Positions 9,250 to 18,855 of a stretch of 64,000 nucleotides of DNA are shown here, in pieces; the stretch's first letter is position 1; the number at the start of each line of letters is the position of its first letter. The DNA is from Bacteroidales bacterium. Its GTDB lineage: Bacteria; Bacteroidota; Bacteroidia; Bacteroidales; VadinHA17. Both the position numbers and the translations under genes were made by a program. The DNA lies in contig JALONR010000013.1 of the NCBI GenBank assembly GCA_025454815.1, positions 37,140 through 101,139 on the forward strand, given 5' to 3'. The notes beneath the pieces were generated by a model that worked only from the letters and a program-made list of their open reading frames with translations, was not told the DNA's origin and did not search any database.

Positions 9250-9360
9250 CAATTTATAATTCCCTTTTACGGGTAGGTCTTAGCACCTTCCGGAACCGTG
9301 GTTCCGTGGTTGCTAGAGGTTCGCAGAGCCTATTCTCTCCCCTCTTCTCTATAAACCAAA
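9250..9360 (-). promoter_or_regulatory. SAM-I (S-box) riboswitch in the leader of the homocysteine operon
   Basis: The minus strand reads UUAUAGAGAAGAGGGGAGAGAAUAGGCUCUGCGAACCUCUAGCAACCACGGAACCACGGUUCCGGAAGGUGCUAAGACCUACCCGUAAAAGGGAAUUAUAA. This carries the conserved S-box blocks (AGAG…GAGnGA…GGCyC…GAACC…AGCAACC…GGUGCUAA…CC) and P1 closure UUAUA/UAUAA. It lies ~100 nt upstream of the ATG at 9152. Confidence 0.85.
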
Positions 9361-9457
9361 GCTTTTCTTGCGAAAAGAATGGATAGTATGACAAAGATAC
9401 TTATTTTAGTGTTTCACACACACTCCTGATGTTTCATCTTTAAAAAATTGACCGGTA

Positions 9458-10300
9458 ATGAAAAAGACAATGATTTTATTAATGGTGGCAGCAGCTGTTT
9501 TCACTTCCTGTTCTGACGGGGTGGTTCAGGATATTAAAGTCATGACTTTCAATATCAGGTTTGATAATCCCCGTGACAGCATAAATGCATGGCCAAACCG
9601 GGCAGCAATGGTTGCCGTTTTCATTGATGAACAGATACCTGACCTGTTTGGTATGCAGGAGGTTCTCTGGCACCAGTATGAATATCTTCGTTCTGAAGTG
9701 CCCGGGTTTGGCTCTGTGGCTGCAGGACGTGACGATGGTCTGAAGGGTGGAGAGGCCTGTCCGGTATTCTGGCGGCTCGGGAGGTTTGACCGGCTGGCTG
9801 AAGGAACTTTCTGGCTCTCGGCAACACCCGATGTGCCCGGATCAGTAGGATGGGGGGCCGCCCTGACGCGCATCACCACCTGGGTAAGGCTCTATGATAA
9901 GGTGGAGAAGGATACCATTCTGTTCTTCAATACCCACTTTGACCATATAAGTGACTCTGCAAGGGTGATGAGCTCCGGGGTACTCCTTGGCATGGTAAAG
10001 GAGATAGCCGGTGACAACCGGTTTGTAATCACGGGCGATTTCAACGCCCGGCCTGAGAGCCTGGCAATTGCGAGGATGAAGGAGGGTGACCTGGCGGTTG
10101 ATTCGTACCTGGTCTCGGAGACACCGCCGGCAGGGGTAAATTATACTTTCAACGGATGGAAGGATGAGCCGGGAGAGGGGAGGATTGACTACATCTTTGT
10201 CCGTAACGGCATGAAAGTCATGTCACATGAGACACACCGGGTGATTGAGGAGGGGGTGTTCATCTCTGACCACTGGCCGGTAACGGCTGTTGTAAAGTAG
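9458..10300 (+). CDS. Endonuclease/exonuclease/phosphatase (EEP) family lipoprotein
   Basis: Lipoprotein signal …AAAVFTSC. EEP motifs: MTFNIRFD, GMQEV, NTHFDH, GDFN, and SDHWPV at the C-terminus. Confidence 0.88.
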   Translation: MKKTMILLMVAAAVFTSCSDGVVQDIKVMTFNIRFDNPRDSINAWPNRAAMVAVFIDEQIPDLFGMQEVLWHQYEYLRSEVPGFGSVAAGRDDGLKGGEACPVFWRLGRFDRLAEGTFWLSATPDVPGSVGWGAALTRITTWVRLYDKVEKDTILFFNTHFDHISDSARVMSSGVLLGMVKEIAGDNRFVITGDFNARPESLAIARMKEGDLAVDSYLVSETPPAGVNYTFNGWKDEPGEGRIDYIFVRNGMKVMSHETHRVIEEGVFISDHWPVTAVVK

Positions 10301-10496
10301 CAGGCAGAAAGCATTATTTTACCGGGGCACGCCCAGAATCTGACTTCACCTGAGGGTGTTCTCAGTTGACACCTTCAGATCAGCTGAGGAGCCTCCTGCG
10401 CTCCTGCCTTCCGGCTGGCATCCGGCAGGTTACTCTATCCCCGTGAATTAAGGTTTGATCAAAATTGCCCCGGGGGTGTTATATATTTGTGAGTAT

Positions 10497-10880
10497 ATGC
10501 CTATGGACACAAAATCCTTCACAAATATCGACGAATACATCTCCCTTCAGGATCCTGCCATACAGCCTCTTTTGCAGAAGGTGAGGGAAACCGTTCACGA
10601 AGCGGCTCCGGGTGCAGAAGAATACATCAGCTACTCGATGCCATCGTTCAGATACAGGGGCAAAATCCTGGTCTATTTTGCTGCACAAAAAAAACACCTT
10701 GGATTTTATGCAACTCCATCGGCGAACATCGCCTTCAGTAAGGAGCTTAAAGGGTACAAATCATCAAAGGGAGCTGTTCAGTTCCCGTTTAACCGGCCGG
10801 TTCCGTATGATCTGATCCGCAGGATGGTTAAGTACAAGCTTGAAGAAGTCATGGCATCATCAACAAAGAAAAGAATATGA
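10497..10880 (+). CDS. DUF1801 (YdhG-like) domain protein
   Basis: IDEYISLQDPAIQPLLQKVRETVHEAAPGAEEYISYSMPSFRY…LVYFAAQKKHLGFY matches the DUF1801 pattern. The ATG at 10497 is preferred to the track start. Confidence 0.75.
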   Translation: MPMDTKSFTNIDEYISLQDPAIQPLLQKVRETVHEAAPGAEEYISYSMPSFRYRGKILVYFAAQKKHLGFYATPSANIAFSKELKGYKSSKGAVQFPFNRPVPYDLIRRMVKYKLEEVMASSTKKRI

Positions 10881-11716
10881 ACAATTCAATCTATCCCTCT
10901 GTATGGTGCAACAACAACGCCAGGGAAGCAGCCGGTTTTTACGTATCGGTCTTCCCGGAAACCAAAATAACTGACGAAAACCCGGTAGTGGTAATTGTGG
11001 AAATAAGCGGTCAGAAACTCATGCTTCTCAACGGAGGAGATATGTTCAGGCCCAATCCCTCAATCTCGCTGATGTACCTTACAACCTCGGGGAGCGAAGT
11101 GGAAGACATCTACTCAAAACTGCAGGAGGGTGGTAAAGCTCTGATGCCTCTTGGGGAGTACCCGTTCAGCAAAAATTACGGATGGGTTGAAGACCGGTTC
11201 GGGGTCTCATGGCAGCTGTATACCGGTCAGGAGGAACATATCCTTCAGAAACTGGTCCCGACACTTATGTTTACTGGTAAGAACAACGGCAAGGCTGAGG
11301 AAGCTGTGGGTTTCTATACTTCAGTCCTTCCCGACTCCCGGCCACGCGGTATGCTGAGATACAGCGGAGCCGAAGGAGAGGCGGCAGGGAACATACAGCA
11401 CGGCGAATTCACAATCAGGGATTATCTCCTGATGATCATGGACAGTTCCATGTCCGGTGATTTCAACTTTACCGAAGGTGTATCACTGGTTGTTGAATGT
11501 GACACCCAGGCGGATATTGACAGGTTCTGGACCGTTCTTACCTCAGGCGGAGGTGAGGAGAGTATGTGCGGATGGCTGAAAGACAGATTTGGTGTCAGCT
11601 GGCAAATAATCCCCACGCTGCTTCCCGCGCTCATGGCCAGGTCTGCCAGGGTGACGGAAGAGATGCTGAAGATGAAAAAGCTCGATATCCGGATATTAAC
11701 TGAAGCTGTGGGTTAA
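10877..11716 (+). CDS. VOC/glyoxalase-fold protein with two PhnB-like (3-demethylubiquinone methyltransferase-like) domains
   Basis: Two repeats each end in DRFGVSWQ(L/I). N-terminus …PSVWCNNNAREAAGFYVSVFP. 4-nt ATGA overlap with the previous gene. Confidence 0.75.
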   Translation: MNNSIYPSVWCNNNAREAAGFYVSVFPETKITDENPVVVIVEISGQKLMLLNGGDMFRPNPSISLMYLTTSGSEVEDIYSKLQEGGKALMPLGEYPFSKNYGWVEDRFGVSWQLYTGQEEHILQKLVPTLMFTGKNNGKAEEAVGFYTSVLPDSRPRGMLRYSGAEGEAAGNIQHGEFTIRDYLLMIMDSSMSGDFNFTEGVSLVVECDTQADIDRFWTVLTSGGGEESMCGWLKDRFGVSWQIIPTLLPALMARSARVTEEMLKMKKLDIRILTEAVG

Positions 11717-11786
11717 TCTCCTTCGACCGTCACACCCGCATGGTCCGGGAAGGGGCATGTCAAACACGGACGACCAGGCAGGGAAT

Positions 11787-12953
11787 TCATGCCCTCTTGC
11801 GGTATGCCCATATTGCCAGTGCGAGGAAGGCAACTGCCAGCATGGCAAGCATCCCCATATCGGCAGCAATATCCTGGAATCCTGATCCTTTAAGCATTAC
11901 CATCCGGTTGATACGCATCAGGTAAGCCACCGGGTTGACCCAGTTGAACTGCTGCGCCCATAACGGCATGCTCTCGGTGGGGGTGAAGATGCCGCTCATC
12001 AGGATGAATATCATTACAAAGAAGAAGGCAACAAAGAGGAACTGCTGCTGCGTGGAAGCCATCGTTGAAAAGAAGAGTGCCACTCCCAGCACCGCCACCA
12101 GGAATATCGCCGCACAGGCAAAGAACAGAAGGAGACTTCCTTCGAAAGGTATGTTGAATGCCACCCATCCGATGCTTAATCCCAGTGCAAGGTCGATGAG
12201 CCCGATGATGAAGAACGGAATCACCTTCGAGGCAATCAGCTCCCATTTCATTACCGGGGTGACGTTGATCTGTTCAATTGTGCCGCTTTCCTTCTCCCTG
12301 ACAAGATTGAGACCTGACATCATCAGGCCAATGGCTGTGATCAGGATGACCAGTACCCCGGGCAGCATATAGTATTTGTAGTTCAGTGTCGGGTTATACC
12401 AGTAGCGGGGCGAGACTGACAATCCGGGGAGGGAGCCTGAGGACATGGCCATACCGCCCGGGGATGCGATTATGCCACCGGGGGACGCGGCGGTCACCAT
12501 CCCTTTATTTAGTACAACTTCCCGGTTGAAATCGCGTACCACCGAAACCAGGTAACTCCAGGAGAGCTGTGCGCTGGTGGCATTCACTGCATCAACCAGA
12601 ACCTGCAGCCGCGGCCTGGTTACGCCGGAAAGACCTTCAGAAAAATCAGACGGGATTACCAGGGCCATGTCGGCATCGCCGGAGAAGAGCATTGACTCTG
12701 CCTCCCTGATGCTTCCGGGGATGGCTGTTACAACGAAAAAGGATGAGCCTGTCAGCTTCGAGACAAGCTCACGCGATGCCTGGGAGCGGTCACTGTCGAT
12801 GACGGCCAGGTCTATGCGCTTGACCTCGAAAGTAACAGCCGGAACGAGAATCAGCATCTGCAGAATGGGCACACCAATAATTGCCCTGATCATGAAGGGA
12901 TTCCGCCGTATCTGCCGGAACTCTTTCCGTAAAAGAAAGATCAGCTTCCTCAT
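11787..12953 (-). CDS. ABC-2 type transporter permease
   Basis: N-terminal KEFRQIRRNPFM, a large periplasmic loop, then 5 TM helices. Last gene of the exporter operon. Confidence 0.85.
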   Translation of the reverse strand: MRKLIFLLRKEFRQIRRNPFMIRAIIGVPILQMLILVPAVTFEVKRIDLAVIDSDRSQASRELVSKLTGSSFFVVTAIPGSIREAESMLFSGDADMALVIPSDFSEGLSGVTRPRLQVLVDAVNATSAQLSWSYLVSVVRDFNREVVLNKGMVTAASPGGIIASPGGMAMSSGSLPGLSVSPRYWYNPTLNYKYYMLPGVLVILITAIGLMMSGLNLVREKESGTIEQINVTPVMKWELIASKVIPFFIIGLIDLALGLSIGWVAFNIPFEGSLLLFFACAAIFLVAVLGVALFFSTMASTQQQFLFVAFFFVMIFILMSGIFTPTESMPLWAQQFNWVNPVAYLMRINRMVMLKGSGFQDIAADMGMLAMLAVAFLALAIWAYRKRA

Positions 12954-14071
12954 CTTTCTCCCTCCTCAAGTCTGGTTTTGAATTTCCGGGAGCTGATGAT
13001 CATCAGTATCATGGTCATCCCTGCCAGGATGGCCGTCTCCTTCCATATGTAGCCGAACCCTGCCCCCTTGATCATTATTGCCCGGATGATTTCCACGAAC
13101 CAGCGTGGTGGTAGTATCATGCTCACGTAATCATATATCTTCGGCATATTCTCTATAGGGAAGATGAATCCCGAAAGGAGCAGGGAAGGAAGCATCAGCG
13201 CGAGGAATGATATGAAGATGGCGTTCTCCATCTTGCTTACCGAGGCGGAAACGAGTATCCCGATGGAGAGTCCGAGAAGGATATAGAGCATACACTCAGA
13301 TATCAGCAGGGCAATGCTCCCACGAACAGGAAGTCCGAAAACAAACCACGCCATCAGCAGTATCACGATCACGTTCACCAGCGAGAGGAAGAAATATGGA
13401 GTCACCTTTCCCACGATGATCTGCCAGGGCTTCAGCGGTGAAACAAGAAGCACCTCCATGGTGCCGAATTCCTTCTCCCGGACAATGGTCACCGAAGTCA
13501 TAAGAGCGCATATAAGTATGAGTATGAGCGTAATAACACCGGGCACAAACATAAAATGGCTCTCAAGATTGGGATTGAAGTACATCCGTACCTCGGGATT
13601 AATAACCGGCATAGACGAAGTGACATCTCCGGTGAGTGTTGCGGAGTAATCATTCAGGATTCCGGTGACGTATCCTGTCACGAGGCTTGCGGTGTTCGGT
13701 TCTGATCCGTCGGCGATGATGCTTACCGTTGCTTTGCCTTCACGGGCGATGCCGGAGGCCATCCGGTCAGGAAAAATGATAACCGCCTTGATTCTCCCCT
13801 GTTTGAAGGTGGCATCAATCTCGTCATAGGAGTCAAGCTGCCTGTTTATGTAAAAAAACTCTGACGCATCGATCTTTTTTGTCAGCTCCTGTGATACCTC
13901 ATCCCGGGCATTGTCCAGTATGGCGACCCCGGCGTTTTTAAGGTCAGTGCGGACTGCATAGCCGAAGATAAGTATCTGTGCTGCCGGAATGCCGAACAGG
14001 ATTATCAGCGTCCGGAAGTCGCGGAAGATATGGAGGAACTCCTTTCGAACGAATGCCATGAATCTTTTCAT
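12950..14071 (-). CDS. ABC-2 type transporter permease
   Basis: KEFLHIFRDFRTL N-terminus with the same topology as its paralogous neighbour. 4-nt overlaps on both sides. Confidence 0.85.
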   Translation of the reverse strand: MKRFMAFVRKEFLHIFRDFRTLIILFGIPAAQILIFGYAVRTDLKNAGVAILDNARDEVSQELTKKIDASEFFYINRQLDSYDEIDATFKQGRIKAVIIFPDRMASGIAREGKATVSIIADGSEPNTASLVTGYVTGILNDYSATLTGDVTSSMPVINPEVRMYFNPNLESHFMFVPGVITLILILICALMTSVTIVREKEFGTMEVLLVSPLKPWQIIVGKVTPYFFLSLVNVIVILLMAWFVFGLPVRGSIALLISECMLYILLGLSIGILVSASVSKMENAIFISFLALMLPSLLLSGFIFPIENMPKIYDYVSMILPPRWFVEIIRAIMIKGAGFGYIWKETAILAGMTMILMIISSRKFKTRLEEGER

Positions 14072-14811
14072 ACCGTATTCCTTTGAGGCCTGGCTATTTT
14101 CACGAAGAGCTCTTCCACTGATTTGGTGCCATACTGGCGGAGGAGTGCAGACGGGGTGTCGAGGGCAACGATTCTCCCCTCGCTCATGATGGTGATACGG
14201 TCACAGTATTCGGCTTCGTCCATGTAGTGTGTCGTCACAAACACGGTGATTCCCCGGGAGGCAGTTTCATAGATCATTTCCCAGAACTGACGGCGGGTGA
14301 CGGGGTCAACGCCGCTGGTGGGTTCATCGAGGAAGACAATCCCGGGATCATGGAAGACAGCCACAGCGAAGGCCAGCTTCTGTTTCAGTCCCAGCGGCAG
14401 GGCCCTTATGAGAGTGTCTCCGTATGAGGTGAAATCAAGTCTTTCAAGCAATGCTTCGCGGCGTGGGAGGATTTCCTTCATGGCCATTCCGTAGATGCCG
14501 CCGTAGAGCTCGATGTTCTCCCTGACGGTGAGGTCTTCATAGAGCGAGAAGCGCTGCGACATGTAACCGATCCGTTTCTTGATCTCCTCCGGCCGGCGCG
14601 AGGCGTCGATGCCGGCTACCAAAACCCTGCCCGAGGTGGGGCGCGAGAGACCGCACAGGATCCTCATGGCTGTTGTCTTGCCGGCTCCGTTGGCGCCAAG
14701 GAAGCCAAAGATCTCACCACGGTAAACGTCAAAGGTCAGACGGTCATTGGCAGTGAATGCGCCAAACCTTTTTACCAGATCCTTTACCTCTATGACTTTT
14801 TCTCTCTCCAT
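14068..14811 (-). CDS. ABC transporter ATP-binding protein
   Basis: Walker A GANGAGKTT, signature LPLGLKQKL, Walker B IVFLDEPTSGVD. Confidence 0.92.
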   Translation of the reverse strand: MEREKVIEVKDLVKRFGAFTANDRLTFDVYRGEIFGFLGANGAGKTTAMRILCGLSRPTSGRVLVAGIDASRRPEEIKKRIGYMSQRFSLYEDLTVRENIELYGGIYGMAMKEILPRREALLERLDFTSYGDTLIRALPLGLKQKLAFAVAVFHDPGIVFLDEPTSGVDPVTRRQFWEMIYETASRGITVFVTTHYMDEAEYCDRITIMSEGRIVALDTPSALLRQYGTKSVEELFVKIARPQRNTV

Positions 14812-14831
14812 CAAAATCCATGTTTTATACT

Positions 14832-14878
14832 TTCCGACCTTCAGACCTCAGACCTTCAGACTTCAGACCTTCTGACCT
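14832..14878. repeat. Six imperfect copies of a 7-8 nt tandem repeat (minus strand GGTCTGAA)
   Basis: The plus strand reads ttccgacc ttcagacc tcagacc ttcagac ttcagacc ttctgacc. It spans the last codons and stop of the upstream ATPase gene and the spacer before the next ATPase gene. Confidence 0.85.
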
Positions 14879-15782
14879 CCTTCTTCATCAGTTCAAGGAA
14901 AACATCCTCTATCCCGGGAGTCGCCTCATTTATTGCTGCATCATGTATACCGGCCTCATCGAGCATTCTCCTCACATCTTCCGGTATGGCGCCTTCATGA
15001 AGGGTCATATGCACCGAATCGCCGAAAGGCTCACTGGCTGCCACCTGAGGCATTTTACGCAGGGCCAGCAGCAGCCGGTATCTCTCCGGATGGCTGACAG
15101 ACCAGAGCTTCCTGCCATATGCAGAACGGATTGCAGCCGGTGTATCAATGCCCATCAGCCTGCCCTGCTGCATCAGGGCGATGCGGTCACAGCGAAGAGC
15201 CTCATCCATGTATGGTGTCGACACAATAATTGTAATCCCTTCTTCCTTAAGGCCTTCAAGCATCTCCCAGAACTCTGTCCTTGATACTGCGTCAACCCCG
15301 GTTGTTGGTTCATCGAGGATCAGGACCCTTGGTTTATGTATCAGGGCACACGAGAGGGCGAGTTTCTGTTTCATCCCACCGGAGAGCTGACCTGCGCGGC
15401 GCTTTTTAAAGGGCTCTATCTGCCGGTAGATGGGCTCAATAAGATAATAATTCTCCTTAATGGTTGTACCGAAGATGGTAGCATAGAATCGGAGGTTCTC
15501 CTCCACGGTGAGATCCTGGTAGAGACTGAAGCGGCCGGGCATGTAACCAATATGATTGCGCAGCTCCCTGAAACCGCTCACAACATTGAGTCCGAACAGC
15601 GTCATTCTCCCCCCTGAGGGGATGATGAGTGTTGCCGCAATACGGAAGAGTGTTGTTTTGCCTGCGCCGTCCGGACCGATGAACCCGAAGAGTTCGCCTT
15701 CACCGACGGTAAAGGAGAGGTCATCAACGGCAGTGATCTTACCGTAGTGGTGTGTTATGTTCTTTGCCTCTATGGCCTTCAT
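14856..15782 (-). CDS. ABC transporter ATP-binding protein
   Basis: Walker A GPDGAGKTT, signature LSGGMKQKL, Walker B VLILDEPTTGVD. The ATG at 15782 lies just after the HlyD stop and is preferred to the track's 15803. Confidence 0.92.
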   Translation of the reverse strand: MKAIEAKNITHHYGKITAVDDLSFTVGEGELFGFIGPDGAGKTTLFRIAATLIIPSGGRMTLFGLNVVSGFRELRNHIGYMPGRFSLYQDLTVEENLRFYATIFGTTIKENYYLIEPIYRQIEPFKKRRAGQLSGGMKQKLALSCALIHKPRVLILDEPTTGVDAVSRTEFWEMLEGLKEEGITIIVSTPYMDEALRCDRIALMQQGRLMGIDTPAAIRSAYGRKLWSVSHPERYRLLLALRKMPQVAASEPFGDSVHMTLHEGAIPEDVRRMLDEAGIHDAAINEATPGIEDVFLELMKKEVRRSEV

Positions 15783-15783
15783 C

Positions 15784-16665
15784 TCAGTTGAAGATTGCCT
15801 CACCGGGCATTCCTGATTTTATTGATCCGTCGTTGGGCACCTCTATTGTAACGGCATAGACCAGTGTCACCCTCTCTTCCTTTGTCTGGATTATTTTCGG
15901 GGTGAATTCGGCCTTTTCCGATACATGAGCAATGGTTCCTTTATAGTCCTGGTAACCCTTTTCTCCGCTGTCAATGCGTATTGTGCATTCTGCCCCCACC
16001 TTCACTGAAGCCAGCTGCGCCCCGCTGACCCACACCTTCAGTTTCATTCTCTTCATGTCTGCCAGTTTCACCAGCGGTTTCCCGGCGGACGTGAGTTCAT
16101 GTGCCGAGGCATATTTTTCAATGACAGTGGCATCGAAGGGTGCGCGGACGGTACTGCGGGCAATCTGCTCATTGAGGATGGCACGCCTGGCGGCAATCCC
16201 CTGTTGTTCGGCTGCCACCGTGCGGCGTTGGGTATTGTTGGCTTCTGCCTGCCGGAGGAGCACTTCCATCTGGCCAGTGAGGTCGTCGAGCTGCTTCCGG
16301 GTGGCGGCGCCGTCAGCAAGCATGCGGCGCGTACGCTCAATGTTCACTGAAAGGTTTTCAATCTGCTGGCGTATGACGGCATCCTGCGCCGCAATGCCTG
16401 CCAGGCGCGCCTGCGCCTGGGCCGTCACCGCATCAAGCTCCCCGCGCTGAAGAACCTGCATCGTGGTGTCGGTGACGGCGATGACGGCGCCGCCCGCCAC
16501 CATCATGCCTTCCGTCACATCCATGCTGATAATCCTGCCCGAAGTCTCGGCCGAGATGATGACCTCATCGGTCTCAAAAGTGCCAAATGCATCAGCATCG
16601 CTCCCGCCCCGGCCACAACCGGCCGCAGCCAGGATCATAATTGCTGCCATGATAAACTCTTTCAT
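15784..16665 (-). CDS. HlyD-family / membrane-fusion periplasmic adaptor
   Basis: Lipoyl-like hairpin flanks around a long coiled coil (…AQARLAGIAAQDAVIRQQIENL…). C-terminal beta domain ending …GMPGEAIF. Confidence 0.88.
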   Translation of the reverse strand: MKEFIMAAIMILAAAGCGRGGSDADAFGTFETDEVIISAETSGRIISMDVTEGMMVAGGAVIAVTDTTMQVLQRGELDAVTAQAQARLAGIAAQDAVIRQQIENLSVNIERTRRMLADGAATRKQLDDLTGQMEVLLRQAEANNTQRRTVAAEQQGIAARRAILNEQIARSTVRAPFDATVIEKYASAHELTSAGKPLVKLADMKRMKLKVWVSGAQLASVKVGAECTIRIDSGEKGYQDYKGTIAHVSEKAEFTPKIIQTKEERVTLVYAVTIEVPNDGSIKSGMPGEAIFN

Positions 16666-16666
16666 A

Positions 16667-17956
16667 TTACTCTTCTGTTTTGTATCCTGTTATGTACATG
16701 TATTCGGTTTCCGCCCTTGCAATGTTTATCTTCCTGGCCGCGGCGGCAATAACCGCCTGTTTTTCGCTGTTCAGCTCCGTCAGATACTGCGAGGCGGTGA
16801 TGGTCCCGTTCCGGAGCTGCGAGGCTGATGCCGCCGCAATTGTGCCACGCAGCCTGATGATCTCCTCATCTCTCGCCGCTGCATCACGCAATGCCTCAAT
16901 CTCTGACAGTTTCAGGGCAAGCAGCCGTTGCAGGGCCTCCCCGGCAGCACTCTTTCTTATTTCAAGAAGCTGCTGCTGAAAAGTCAGTGATTTACGCTCG
17001 TTGCTGTTTTTGCTCCAGTCCCATATATTCCATTTGATTCCTGCACCCAGTGAATAGTAGAAATCGGCCTGGTCAGAGAGAAAATTGTTACCGGGCGGAT
17101 TACCATATCCTGCCTGTGCAAACCCGAACAGTTTGGGCATCCGCTGGTTCTTCAGGAAATCCTTTGACGCCTCCAACTGCCGGCTGCGGATGTCAAATAA
17201 GCGGAGATCCGGGTTGTTAATAGCCTCACTGCCTGTTATTGCAAAGTCCGGTAAAACCAGTCGGGCATATTTCAGTCCGCTCATGCCTGTGATCTGCTCC
17301 AGTACACCGGCGAGCGCATCATGACGCCGGCCAAGCTCTGCAGCCGACTGTTCCGCCTTAATCTTCTCTGCCCTGAGTACGTCAAGGGTGACTGGCGGTA
17401 TCACCCCGTTTCCCACCCCTGAGGCCACCTCCTGCATCCTGGCGTCAATTTCTGAGATGAGTATGGAGATCACCTCGGCCTGGCTTCTGACCAGCAGGAT
17501 GGAGAAGAAGTAGTTGTTCACCTGTTCGCGGAGACGGTAGATATCTGCTTCGCTCTGCTGCATGTTCAGTTCGCTTACCACCTTCTCAACCTCCCGGGCG
17601 CTCCGGGTCACCCCGCCGTCCCATATCACCTGGTTCAGATCAACCGTCGCCCTGTACTGTTCATGCGGGACTGACGGGAGTGATCCCGGGGGAACGGGCA
17701 GGGAACCAAGCATTTCTGATATGTCGACCACGTCAGACTGGTAGTTGAACGAACCGCCCAGGTCAAGGGAAGGCATCCGCGATGTGACCAGGTTACGGTC
17801 ATGTAAACGCGTCATGCCGGCATAGATGACCCTTTCACCTGCCAGAGGTGATACAGAGGCAGCAGAATCATAACACTGCCGCAGGGTTACTGATTGTTGT
17901 GACAGGAGCGATACTGCCGGCAGCAGCAGTACCGTAAAAAGCATCATTCTCTTCAT
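16667..17956 (-). CDS. TolC-family outer membrane efflux protein
   Basis: Signal peptide and a two-repeat OEP architecture about 430 aa long. Sits in an operon with the adaptor and ABC genes. Confidence 0.88.
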   Translation of the reverse strand: MKRMMLFTVLLLPAVSLLSQQSVTLRQCYDSAASVSPLAGERVIYAGMTRLHDRNLVTSRMPSLDLGGSFNYQSDVVDISEMLGSLPVPPGSLPSVPHEQYRATVDLNQVIWDGGVTRSAREVEKVVSELNMQQSEADIYRLREQVNNYFFSILLVRSQAEVISILISEIDARMQEVASGVGNGVIPPVTLDVLRAEKIKAEQSAAELGRRHDALAGVLEQITGMSGLKYARLVLPDFAITGSEAINNPDLRLFDIRSRQLEASKDFLKNQRMPKLFGFAQAGYGNPPGNNFLSDQADFYYSLGAGIKWNIWDWSKNSNERKSLTFQQQLLEIRKSAAGEALQRLLALKLSEIEALRDAAARDEEIIRLRGTIAAASASQLRNGTITASQYLTELNSEKQAVIAAAARKINIARAETEYMYITGYKTEE

Positions 17957-18588
17957 TTCTTGCGGTGTTTAAGTGCACTGAAGATAAAATCGGCGGCAAA
18001 TTCCTTCCTCTCCAGCATGAAGGAGTTGAATTTCCTGTTATCAAGCATCTGGGGTATCATGACGGCAATCATCTCCCTTGCTGCAAATGGAAAGATTGAC
18101 ATCGATACCACGGTTATCATCAGCTGGGGCATGTCACTCTTCCTGATGCCATATCCCTTGAGCTCCTTTGAATGTTTCTCATAGATCATGTCACGCAGCT
18201 CCCCGTAATGCAGGGTTTCCTTTATACTTTCGGTAATTGACGGATTAACTGACATCTCATTCAGAAGGAACATGGGCAGTTTAGGATTCTTTATGAGAAA
18301 GTCGATGTGCTGATCAAGGAAAAGCCTTATTTTTTCCTTGAACGAGAGATCTGCCTGGAAAATGGCTGTTATCTTTTCAAACATCTTTTTAAGGAGCACC
18401 TGGAATACTGCCATGAACAGCTGATCCTTGCTCCGGAAGTAGTAGTGAAGCAGTGCCTTGTTAATACCTGCCCTGTCTGCAATCTCCTGCATCCTGGCGC
18501 CTGCATATCCCTTCAACTCGAACACTTCCGTTGCAGCCCTGAATATCTTCTGCCGGGTATGACTGTCAGTAATCCTGGTTTTTTTCAT
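17953..18588 (-). CDS. TetR/AcrR-family transcriptional regulator
   Basis: N-terminal HTH IFRAATEVFELKGYAGARMQEIADRAGINKALLHYYFRSKDQLF. First gene of the exporter operon, with an ATGA overlap with tolC. Confidence 0.92.
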   Translation of the reverse strand: MKKTRITDSHTRQKIFRAATEVFELKGYAGARMQEIADRAGINKALLHYYFRSKDQLFMAVFQVLLKKMFEKITAIFQADLSFKEKIRLFLDQHIDFLIKNPKLPMFLLNEMSVNPSITESIKETLHYGELRDMIYEKHSKELKGYGIRKSDMPQLMITVVSMSIFPFAAREMIAVMIPQMLDNRKFNSFMLERKEFAADFIFSALKHRKK

Positions 18589-18594
18589 AGATTA

Positions 18595-18630
18595 ACTGTT
18601 TAGTTTAACCAAAAGAATTAACCAAACAGT
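18595..18630. promoter_or_regulatory. Candidate TetR operator (11-bp inverted repeat)
   Basis: actgtttagtt (18595-18605) and aaccaaacagt (18620-18630). They are reverse complements with 1 mismatch and a 14-bp spacer. The site starts 7 bp upstream of the tetR start codon. Confidence 0.4.
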
Positions 18631-18855
18631 CAAAAATAAAGCATTGTTTTCTTATTTGCAATTTTTTTTCATTTTGAATATTTAATGGTAATCAAGTGTT
18701 TGCCTGAACAATACCCGGATCATAAAAAAATTTCTTCAGGAAACTGTAAGGGTGGCTGCCTTAAATAATGCTCATCCTGGTACTCCTGGTAATTGTATGC
18801 ATCATTGTTTAATTATCTGCAAAAAAGAAGATGACAGCAGTTGCAACCGGCATGG

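Noticed and set aside
9153-9250. Intrinsic terminator as the SAM riboswitch expression platform
   Set aside because: Only a weak 5-6 bp helix (cagtg…cactg) followed by a T-rich stretch is visible. I cannot tell whether control is transcriptional or translational, so no terminator feature is called.
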